DNA from: Tannockella kyphosi
GTDB taxonomy: Bacteria > Bacillota_I > Bacilli_A > Erysipelotrichales > Coprobacillaceae
DNA: 32,000 nt
Direction of reading: 5' to 3'
NCBI RefSeq assembly: GCF_021054785.1
Contig: NZ_CP088239.1
Coordinates: forward strand, 1,680,001 to 1,712,000
Shown piece after piece: positions 12,576-20,198 of this stretch; position 1 is the first letter of the stretch; each line of letters opens with the position of its first letter. The notes beneath the pieces are model-generated. The model saw nothing but the letters and a program-made list of their open reading frames with translations, searched no databases and was not told the DNA's origin. Both the position numbers and the translations under genes were made by a program.

Positions 12576-12974
12576 ATGAAAGAATATAGAAAAACAAAAA
12601 CAACAACCTCGTTAATTAATTATCATTTTATCTTTTGTCCAAGGTATCGTAGAAAAATATTTTTAATTCCAAATGTAGAAGAAAGGCTTAAAATCATAGT
12701 GGAAGAAACTTGCAAGGAATTAGAAATTGAAATTATTGCTATGGAATGTGATAAGGATCATATTCATTTGTTTATAAACGCATTACCAAAATATAGCCCT
12801 AGCGAAATTATGCAAAAAATAAAAAGGAAAAGTGGGTTGATATTAAGAAGTGAATTTTCAGAGTTGAATCAGATGAAAAGTTTGTGGACAAGAAGCTATT
12901 TTGTTTCAACTGCCGGTGTTGTTAGTAGCGAAACAATAAAGAGATATGTAGAAAGCCAGAGAAAAAGATATTAA
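12576..12974 (+). CDS. tnpA: IS200/IS605 family Y1 (HUH) transposase TnpA
   Basis: 132 aa. YHFIFCPRYRRKIF, HUH motif DHIHLFI and catalytic-Tyr region TRSYFVSTAG. Confidence 0.9.
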   Translation: MKEYRKTKTTTSLINYHFIFCPRYRRKIFLIPNVEERLKIIVEETCKELEIEIIAMECDKDHIHLFINALPKYSPSEIMQKIKRKSGLILRSEFSELNQMKSLWTRSYFVSTAGVVSSETIKRYVESQRKRY

Positions 12975-13002
12975 ATATCGAAATCAAGAAGGGAGAAACT
13001 TC

Positions 13003-14499
13003 ATGAGTAATTTTTGTATAACAATTCCATTAAAAACAGAAACCTATCAAGAACATATATTAGAAAAACGTTTTGAAATTGGTAGAAAAATATATAATTC
13101 TTTAATTGTTATCACTCAAAAACGATATAGAGAAATGACAAAAACAAAAGAATATAAATACATTATGAAACAATATAAGCGAATTCATGAAGGACATCCT
13201 AAAGCTGGTGTAACAAAGAAAGACCTAGCTAACCGATTAAAAGAAATGCAAAGAGAATATCGTTTATCCGAATATGATTTTCATAAAGATGTAAAAGAAT
13301 TACAACATTGTTTTCGTGAAAATATTGATTCAAACACGTCTCAAAAGATTGCTACGAATTTATGGAAAGCTTATAGCAAAGTAATGTTTAGTGATGGAAA
13401 AGAAATTCATTTTAAAAAGTATGGAGAATTCACTTCGTTAGAAGGAAAATCAAATACAAGTGGAATTCGTCTCGTAAATGAAACACTTATTTGGAATGGT
13501 CTTATTATTCCTGTTATCATTAATCATTCTAATAGTTATGAAAATGAATGTTTTCAAAACCCTCATTATAAAATCTGTTATAATCGAACACTTCAAAAAG
13601 AAATTAGAGGAAAGTATAAATACTATCTACAAGTAGTTTTTAAAGGAACTCCTCCTGTAAAATACAATCCAACGACTGGTGAAGTAAAGAATCCTAAAAG
13701 AGATGGTGTTGTAGGTATTGACTTAGGTACGCAAACGATTGCCTATTGCTCTAACAAAGAAGTAGGATTGATTGAGTTAGCTGATAAAGTACCAAATCTA
13801 GAAAAGAAAAAGCGAATCATTTCTAGAAAAATGGATCGTAGTAGACGAGCTATGAATCCTAATAACTATAACGAAGATGGAACTACTAAAACAGGGGCTA
13901 GAAAATGGAAGAACTCCAATCGCTATCTTCGATTAAGAAGCGAACTAAGAGAGCTTAGTAGAAAACAAGCAGCTATTCGAAAGTTACAACATGAGACCTT
14001 AGCAAATCATCTTTTAACATTAGGAACGACCATTTATGTAGAAACAATGCATTATAAAGGATTGCAAAAACGAGCAAAGAAAACAACGGTTAATGAAAAG
14101 ACAGGTAAGTTCAATCGTAAAAAACGTTTCGGCAAGTCTTTAGGAGAAAAAGCTCCTGCTATGTTTGTAGAAATTTTGAATAGAAAGCTAAACTACATAG
14201 ATAAAGAAGTTTTAAAAGTAAACAACTATACAACCAAAGCAAGTCAATACAACCATGTTAATCAAACATACAAGAAGAAAAAACTATCTCAAAGATGGAA
14301 TAAAATAGAACACAACAACGAAGTGATAATAGTACAAAGAGATTTATATAGTTCTTATTTATTAATGAATATGAACGAAGATTTAAAAACAATGAATCAA
14401 GAAAAATGTGAAATGAATTTTGAAAGATTTTTAATCAAACATAACCAAGAAGTAGAAAGATTAAAAGGAAAGAAAAACCTTTCTAGTATTGGCATTTAA
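13003..14499 (+). CDS. tnpB: TnpB-family (OrfB_IS605, RuvC-like) RNA-guided-nuclease homologue, 498 aa, lacking zinc-finger cysteines
   Basis: N-terminus fits the TnpB pattern (..IPLKTETYQEHILEKRFEIGRKIYNSL). RuvC motifs are VGIDLGTQT, IYVETMHYKGL and VQRDLYSSYLL. GGGAG lies upstream of the ATG. Confidence 0.85.
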   Translation: MSNFCITIPLKTETYQEHILEKRFEIGRKIYNSLIVITQKRYREMTKTKEYKYIMKQYKRIHEGHPKAGVTKKDLANRLKEMQREYRLSEYDFHKDVKELQHCFRENIDSNTSQKIATNLWKAYSKVMFSDGKEIHFKKYGEFTSLEGKSNTSGIRLVNETLIWNGLIIPVIINHSNSYENECFQNPHYKICYNRTLQKEIRGKYKYYLQVVFKGTPPVKYNPTTGEVKNPKRDGVVGIDLGTQTIAYCSNKEVGLIELADKVPNLEKKKRIISRKMDRSRRAMNPNNYNEDGTTKTGARKWKNSNRYLRLRSELRELSRKQAAIRKLQHETLANHLLTLGTTIYVETMHYKGLQKRAKKTTVNEKTGKFNRKKRFGKSLGEKAPAMFVEILNRKLNYIDKEVLKVNNYTTKASQYNHVNQTYKKKKLSQRWNKIEHNNEVIIVQRDLYSSYLLMNMNEDLKTMNQEKCEMNFERFLIKHNQEVERLKGKKNLSSIGI

Positions 14500-14708
14500 A
14501 AAGCATTAAAAAATATTAAAACAAACGTCTTGAAACGGGCGTTATACTATCGTTAATTTGTTCAATAGAACGAATGGATAGTGAAATTCTTAATGAAAAT
14601 AATTAGGATTCTCTACATTGTAAACAATAATTATTGTTTTATTTTTGTAGTCAAAGAAGGTTATTTAGTAGTTAAGAACCCCACTACTTCAGTGGTGGGA
14701 GTTTCAGA
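14440..14708 (+). ncRNA. Predicted omega/reRNA region of the TnpB element (3' end of tnpB through RE)
   Basis: Assigned by position only, by analogy with characterised IS200/IS605 TnpB systems. Contains palindrome AAACAATAATTATTGTTT (14621-14638) and the RE hairpin. Boundaries are not determinable from sequence alone. Confidence 0.35.
14680..14699 (+). repeat. IS200/IS605 right-end hairpin
   Basis: CCCACTAC-ttca-GTGGTGGG, an 8-bp stem including one G-T pair. Confidence 0.7.
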
Positions 14709-14940
14709 AAATACTTTCCTCTCACTCATAACTATATCTCCGTCCATTTATATTATTTAAATTAATAATCTATATTCCTTATCTACTTTTATCCAAAATT
14801 ATTATGTAATTTTGTTTTTAATATAGGTTTATTGAATCATCCCTATTTGATAATATAATACTCTCTCCTATTTTGTTTGTAAATAATTAATGCATCTGTT
14901 TTATGTTAACAAAAAAGAATATCTCTTATTTTACTAAGCA

Positions 14941-14982
14941 ATAACATAAAAACGACTTTGGTTAAACCAAAATCGTTTTTAT
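14941..14982 (-). terminator. Rho-independent terminator of the V-ATPase operon
   Basis: On the minus strand: AAAAACGATTTTGGTT-ta-AACCAAAGTCGTTTTT then ATGTTAT. It begins 8 nt after the subunit D stop. Confidence 0.7.
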
Positions 14983-14989
14983 ATTATTG

Positions 14990-15598
14990 TTAGGCACTTC
15001 TTTGTTTTATTACTTTTTGACGTGTAAATTCTTCACGTTCTTTTTCTTCTAAAGATTCCGTAATTAGTTTTACTGTTTCTTCGAATTCTGGTATAGAAAC
15101 ATTTTGAAGAGCATTTGCTCTTTTTTGCGTTTTACGAATAGCGTTAGCTAATCGAAAAACACTATTTTCAATTTGTGCTAATAGAACCGTTAACTCTTTT
15201 ACTTTTGCAAAGCATTCAAAAGCATAATCTACTTTAGAATTTGTTCTTTCTAAATCATAGAAAGGAACTGCATTTTTAGATTGATACGTAATCTTTGGTA
15301 TTTCTACCCCCATTACACTACGATATGCAATAGATATGCCTGTATCAACTGGTGTTGCTTTAGCAAGATTTGTAATAATTCCTAAAGAAATATTTGCTTC
15401 CTCTAGTGCACGATAAGCTTCTTGATAAGCATCTGTGATTTGATCACGTAATACTTTAACATCTTCTACTAGTTCCATCATTTCTTTGGTTAATACATTT
15501 CTTTTTTTATCTAACAGATCATATCCTAGTTTAGCAAGTGATAATGATTTTTTTATTGCAATGAGATTTCCTTTGGTTGGAACTACTTTAATTGCCAT
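14990..15598 (-). CDS. atpD: V/A-type ATPase subunit D
   Basis: 202 aa. MAIKVVPTKGNLIAIKKSLSLAKLGYDLLDKKRNVL is the canonical subunit D N-terminus. It is the last gene of the operon, after subunit B. Confidence 0.9.
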   Translation of the reverse strand: MAIKVVPTKGNLIAIKKSLSLAKLGYDLLDKKRNVLTKEMMELVEDVKVLRDQITDAYQEAYRALEEANISLGIITNLAKATPVDTGISIAYRSVMGVEIPKITYQSKNAVPFYDLERTNSKVDYAFECFAKVKELTVLLAQIENSVFRLANAIRKTQKRANALQNVSIPEFEETVKLITESLEEKEREEFTRQKVIKQRSA

Positions 15599-15600
15599 AA

Positions 15601-17043
15601 TTAATCACCTGACTTTTCTAGTTCTTTAATGATTTTTTCTTCTTTAATATGGAATAATTTTAATGCTTTTTCATGATCATAATATTGATCTAATAAATCA
15701 TTATCTAAACGTTCTAATGCACTTCTAGGTAATGTTGAAAGTAAGCTCCATCCTAAGTCTAATGTTTCAATAATAGAACGGTTAGAATCATCTCCTTGGT
15801 TTAAGAAATGTTCTTCAAATAATTTCCCAAAACCAATATATTGACGATCAACAGGAGATAACTCATCTTCTCCAATAACCGAAGTCAATGATTTTACATC
15901 TTGTACATGAGCATAACTTGCAAATAATTGGTTTGCTAAATCTTGATGTTCTTTTCTAGTATACCCTTGTCCAATACCATCTTTCATTAAACGACTTAAA
16001 GAAGGTAAGATTGCTACAGGAGGATAAATACCCGCACTATGTAAAGCTAAATCTAATGTGATTTGTCCTTCTGTAATATAACCTGTTAAATCGGGTACAG
16101 GATGGGTAATATCATTATTAGGCATTGTTAAGATAGGGATTTGTGTTACTGATCCACTAGCATCTTTGATAATTCCAGCTCTTTCATATAAAGAAGCTAA
16201 ATCTGAATATAAATATCCAGGATACCCTTTACGTCCAGGAATTTCTCCTTTACTACTTGAAAACTCACGAACAGCTTCACAATAAGAAGTAACATCACTA
16301 TAAATAACTAATACATGCATATTTTCTTCATATGCTAAATATTCAGCTGCAGTAAGTGCACAACGTGGTGTTAAGATACGTTCGATAATTGGATCATTTG
16401 CAAGATTCACAAACATAACAACACGATCCATTACTCCTGCTTCTTTAAAGCTTCTTTTAAAGTAATTAGCAACATCATTGGTAACACCCATTGCTCCAAA
16501 GACTACTGCAAATCCTTTTCCATCATCATCTGCTACTTTTGCTTGTTTTACAATTTGTACTGCTAATTGATTATGTGGTAAACCAGAACCTGTAAAGATA
16601 GGTAATTTTTGACCACGAATCAAAGTAGTTAAACAGTCTATCGAAGAGATACCTGTATTAATATAGTTACGAGGATATACCCTTGCTACTGGATTTAATG
16701 GTAAACCATTAATATCCATTTGTTTAGAAGAATATATTTTTCCTAAACCATCTATTGGTGTTCCAGCACCATTAAAAGTTCTTCCTAATAGCTCTTTAGA
16801 TACTGGTAACTCCATTGGTTTCCCTAATAATCTTGTTTTTGTATTTGTTAAAGAAACATCATTTGTTCCTTCAAATACTTGAATAATTACTTTTTCACCT
16901 TCAATTTGAACAATACGTCCTAAACGCATAGATCCATCATCTAAAGTTATTTCTACCATTTCGTCAAAAGATGCTCCTTGGACATGATCAAGAACAACTA
17001 ATGGCCCATTTATTTCACTTAAACCGATATGTTGTAGAGACAT
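15601..17043 (-). CDS. atpB: V/A-type ATPase subunit B (non-catalytic)
   Basis: 480 aa. Homologous to the alpha/beta fold of F/V ATPases but without a canonical P-loop. Motifs include ..GQKLPIFTGSGLPHN.. and ..PGRKGYPGYLYSDLA... Confidence 0.92.
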   Translation of the reverse strand: MSLQHIGLSEINGPLVVLDHVQGASFDEMVEITLDDGSMRLGRIVQIEGEKVIIQVFEGTNDVSLTNTKTRLLGKPMELPVSKELLGRTFNGAGTPIDGLGKIYSSKQMDINGLPLNPVARVYPRNYINTGISSIDCLTTLIRGQKLPIFTGSGLPHNQLAVQIVKQAKVADDDGKGFAVVFGAMGVTNDVANYFKRSFKEAGVMDRVVMFVNLANDPIIERILTPRCALTAAEYLAYEENMHVLVIYSDVTSYCEAVREFSSSKGEIPGRKGYPGYLYSDLASLYERAGIIKDASGSVTQIPILTMPNNDITHPVPDLTGYITEGQITLDLALHSAGIYPPVAILPSLSRLMKDGIGQGYTRKEHQDLANQLFASYAHVQDVKSLTSVIGEDELSPVDRQYIGFGKLFEEHFLNQGDDSNRSIIETLDLGWSLLSTLPRSALERLDNDLLDQYYDHEKALKLFHIKEEKIIKELEKSGD

Positions 17044-17056
17044 TATTCATTCCTCC

Positions 17057-18808
17057 TTATGCCACACTAGCAATCAATGTATCAATTTCTTGATAATAAT
17101 CATCAAATAATTCTAATTGATTGTTAGGGATATCATATTTCATTTTTACTACTTTATCAAAAATACCAGTTTCTACAATAGAACGAACTACCTTTCCTTG
17201 TGATACTGCTTCACTAGTACGTTGATTTAAATATAAAATAATTTCCATCATTTTTAATTGTTTTTCCATTGGTACATAAGTATCTTCTTTATGGAAAGCA
17301 TTTTGTTGTAAATAACCAACACGAATTACTTTTGCGATTTCAATAATTGCTTTTTGGTCTTCTGGTAAAACATCAGGTCCCATTAATTGCACAATCTCAT
17401 TTAATTTCGCTTCTTGTGCTAATAAATAAGCTAATTCTTGACGATCACTTACAAATTTATTACTTACATTTTTACTATACCATGCTTCCAAATCATAAAC
17501 ATATTCACTATAACTTTGATTCCAGTTAATTGCAAAATAATGACGAGCATATGCTAATGCTTTATCCAATGCCCAAAAGCATCTTACAAATCGTTTTGTG
17601 TTTTGCGTAACTGGTTCCGAGAAGTCGGCCCCTTGTGGCGATACAGCACCAATAATTGTTACAGACCCTTGGCTTCCATTTAAATTATCTACATAACCAG
17701 CTCTTTCATAGAACTGAGATAATCTAGATGGTAAATAAGCTGGGAATCCTTCTTCTGCAGGCATTTCTTCCAAACGTCCTGAGATTTCACGTAAAGCTTC
17801 TGCCCAACGTGATGTAGAATCCGCCATAATCGCAACATGATATCCCATATCACGATAATACTCTGCCAAAGTAACCCCTGTATAAATACTAGCTTCACGA
17901 GCAGCTACTGGCATATTCGATGTATTAGCGATTAATACCGTACGGTCTGTTAATGGTTTATTTGATTTAGGATCAATTAACTCACGGAACTCTTCTAATA
18001 CTTGAGTCATCTCGTTTCCACGTTCTCCACAACCAACATACACAATAATATCCGCATCACACCATTTTGCAATCTGATGTTGAGTCATTGTTTTTCCAGT
18101 TCCAAAACCTCCAGGAACTGCAGCAGTTCCTCCTTTAGCAATTGGGAACAACGTATCAATTACTCTTTGTCCTGTTACTAAAGGGATGGAAATTGGTAAT
18201 CTTTCCTTACAAGGACGAGCTTTTTTAATTGGCCATTTTTGTACTAATGAACAACTATGACGCACACCTTTCTCATCTTCTATTTCAATAATTGTATCAT
18301 TTAAAGTATAGAAACCATCTGTTACTACAGAAACAACTGTTCCTTGTAGTAGTGGACTTACCATACATTTATGTACAATTAAGTCTGTTTCAGGAGTTGT
18401 TGCATAAATAGCACCACCCTCTAAAACATCCCCTACTTGAACACATACATGAACATCCCATAACTTCTCATTATCCAATGATTCAATATTACTTCCGGCA
18501 TGAATAAATGCCCCACTTTGTTTTTCTAATACTTGTAACGGTCTTTCAATTCCATCAAAAATATTACGTAAAATACCAGGACCTAAAGTTGCACAAATTG
18601 GTGAACCTGTTGAAACAACTGGTTCTCCAGGTCTTAATCCTGATGTAGTTTCATATACTTGGATTGTTGTAAATTCTTTAGAAATAGAAATAACTTCTCC
18701 CATTAAAGAAGCATTTCCTACATATACCATTTCTAACATTGAAAAAGTAGTAGCATCTTTTACTTTTACAACCGGTCCATTAATAGAATAAATTGTATCT
18801 TTAGCCAT
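17057..18808 (-). CDS. atpA: V/A-type ATPase catalytic subunit A
   Basis: 583 aa. Walker A PGGFGTGKT, plus ..VYVGCGERGNEM.. and ..EGFPAYLPSRL.. motifs. Confidence 0.95.
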   Translation of the reverse strand: MAKDTIYSINGPVVKVKDATTFSMLEMVYVGNASLMGEVISISKEFTTIQVYETTSGLRPGEPVVSTGSPICATLGPGILRNIFDGIERPLQVLEKQSGAFIHAGSNIESLDNEKLWDVHVCVQVGDVLEGGAIYATTPETDLIVHKCMVSPLLQGTVVSVVTDGFYTLNDTIIEIEDEKGVRHSCSLVQKWPIKKARPCKERLPISIPLVTGQRVIDTLFPIAKGGTAAVPGGFGTGKTMTQHQIAKWCDADIIVYVGCGERGNEMTQVLEEFRELIDPKSNKPLTDRTVLIANTSNMPVAAREASIYTGVTLAEYYRDMGYHVAIMADSTSRWAEALREISGRLEEMPAEEGFPAYLPSRLSQFYERAGYVDNLNGSQGSVTIIGAVSPQGADFSEPVTQNTKRFVRCFWALDKALAYARHYFAINWNQSYSEYVYDLEAWYSKNVSNKFVSDRQELAYLLAQEAKLNEIVQLMGPDVLPEDQKAIIEIAKVIRVGYLQQNAFHKEDTYVPMEKQLKMMEIILYLNQRTSEAVSQGKVVRSIVETGIFDKVVKMKYDIPNNQLELFDDYYQEIDTLIASVA

Positions 18809-18820
18809 TGCTTTTCCCCC

Positions 18821-19414
18821 TTATTTCAATGTAAATCCTGAATTTTCATAAAACCAAGTTTTTTGATTTTCTAAAACAAAATCAAAAGACTGATCAATAA
18901 ATAATCCTTTTTCTAAATCTTCTAATAAAAATCCTCCAATAATATTCTTTGAACATTCTTTTATTTCTACTTCTGGATAAATATCTTTTAATATAGATGA
19001 ATATTGCATATCTTCTTGACGTATATATAAAATTGGATTCAAAAATGTATATTGTTCTTTTGTATAAGTTAACTTTTCTTTCAAGTAATCAAGATATTGA
19101 TTACTTGATACAAAGTCTATTAATTGTTGTTTTACTAGATTCATGATTTCTTGCACGTAGTTATCTCTTTTTGTTACTAATGCTTTTGTGTATTCACTAC
19201 TTTTTAGTAAGTGATCACTACTAGTTTCTTTTTGAATTTCTTTACGTTGGATATCATATTCTAGTTGAGCTTCTTTTTTTGCTTCATATACTAACTGTTC
19301 ATAGATTTCATCTTTGGACTGTTGCATTTCTTGGAGTAATGCTTGTTCCTCTTGTTTTGCTAGTCGCTCTATTTCTTCTTTCATATAAAGAAAGACTTGT
19401 TCGTTGTTTTGCAT
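18821..19414 (-). CDS. atpE: V/A-type ATPase subunit E (peripheral stalk)
   Basis: 197 aa. Charged coiled-coil N-terminal half, globular C-terminal part with GGFLLED. Sits between F and A in the operon. Confidence 0.7.
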   Translation of the reverse strand: MQNNEQVFLYMKEEIERLAKQEEQALLQEMQQSKDEIYEQLVYEAKKEAQLEYDIQRKEIQKETSSDHLLKSSEYTKALVTKRDNYVQEIMNLVKQQLIDFVSSNQYLDYLKEKLTYTKEQYTFLNPILYIRQEDMQYSSILKDIYPEVEIKECSKNIIGGFLLEDLEKGLFIDQSFDFVLENQKTWFYENSGFTLK

Positions 19415-19423
19415 CGTCTTCTC

Positions 19424-19732
19424 CTATAGTTTGACCCCTATTGCTTGAGATAGATAACTATCAATCGTTTCCCCAATCTTACTGTTTCCATGACGATCAG
19501 GTATTTCTACTAGCAATGGCTCCCTTTGTTTTAGTTTGATCTCAGAAATAACATTAGGACATAATTCAATTAGTTTTGTAGTTATTAAAATAATAGCAAT
19601 CGATGAATCTTTCATCTTTTCTTCTAATATTTCTAAAAACTCTAATCTTTCATGAACTACACATCCTTCGATACCAGCAAGACGCATTCCTACTAAAGTA
19701 TCATTGTTATCACTAAGTAGATAGAATTTCAT
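19424..19732 (-). CDS. atpF: V/A-type ATPase subunit F
   Basis: 102 aa. MKFYLLSDNNDTLVGMRLAGIEG matches the subunit F N-terminal pattern. Confidence 0.8.
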   Translation of the reverse strand: MKFYLLSDNNDTLVGMRLAGIEGCVVHERLEFLEILEEKMKDSSIAIILITTKLIELCPNVISEIKLKQREPLLVEIPDRHGNSKIGETIDSYLSQAIGVKL

Positions 19733-19745
19733 AATAACAAACCTA

Positions 19746-20177
19746 CTATAAAGCGTTAATAATTAAGATAGAAATTAATAAACCGTAAATAGCAACCCCT
19801 TCACCCATGGCAACGAAGATTAATGATTTACCAAAATTTTTCTCATTTTCAGAAATAGCACCAATTGCAGCTGGTGCTGCAGCCGCTACTGCAATCCCTG
19901 CTCCTAAAGCTGATAAACCTGTTGCTAATGCGGCTCCTAAAAATCCCATCCCTTGGGCAATCGTTCCTGTCATAGAACTAACTGCTGAAGTTTCTGCATA
20001 AACAGTATTTGTCATCATTTGAAATACAATAACTGCAAAGACTGTTCCAAAGAACCCACATACATGTGTAGCTAAACGCATTTTAGCACTTCTTTTCGTT
20101 GTTTTTCCTTGTACTACTTTTACTAATGGTAAAGAAATTAAAATAATTGCAACTGCTGGTAAAATAAATTGTAACAT
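19746..20177 (-). CDS. atpK: V/A-type ATPase proteolipid subunit K (c) with a non-proteolipid N-terminal extension
   Basis: 143 aa. The C-terminal ~75 aa form one Gly/Ala-rich helical hairpin with the carboxylate motif (GLSALGAGIAVAAAAPAAIGAIS..FVAMGEGVAIYGLL). GGGAGG lies 9 nt upstream of ATG 20177. Confidence 0.85.
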   Translation of the reverse strand: MLQFILPAVAIILISLPLVKVVQGKTTKRSAKMRLATHVCGFFGTVFAVIVFQMMTNTVYAETSAVSSMTGTIAQGMGFLGAALATGLSALGAGIAVAAAAPAAIGAISENEKNFGKSLIFVAMGEGVAIYGLLISILIINAL

Positions 20178-20198
20178 GATTAAAGCCTCCCTATTTTC

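Larger units (their letters stand above)
12478..14708 (+). mobile_element. IS200/IS605-family element (tnpA + tnpB); boundaries approximate
   Basis: Y1 transposase and TnpB genes are flanked by related subterminal hairpins: LE CCCACTACTTTAGGGGTGGGAG (12494-) and RE CCCACTACTTCAGTGGTGGGAG (14680-). Confidence 0.8.

Noticed and set aside
14668-14679. The 12-mer GTAGTTAAGAAC next to the IS605 right-end hairpin is identical to the sequence at the 3' end of the IS1634-like transposase gene (rc of 5478-5489).
   Set aside because: - A single 12-nt match between two places in 64 kb of AT-rich two-strand sequence is within chance expectation.
- A TnpB guide would lie outside the RE, not here.

Only the four-fold clustering inside the IS1634-like element is reported as a finding.
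17347-17898. ORFs 17347..17529(+) and 17689..17898(-) within V-ATPase subunit A, and 19807..20001(+) within subunit K.
   Set aside because: They are embedded in highly conserved CDSs. They are frame or strand shadows, the Ala-rich one mirroring the Gly/Ala codons of the proteolipid.
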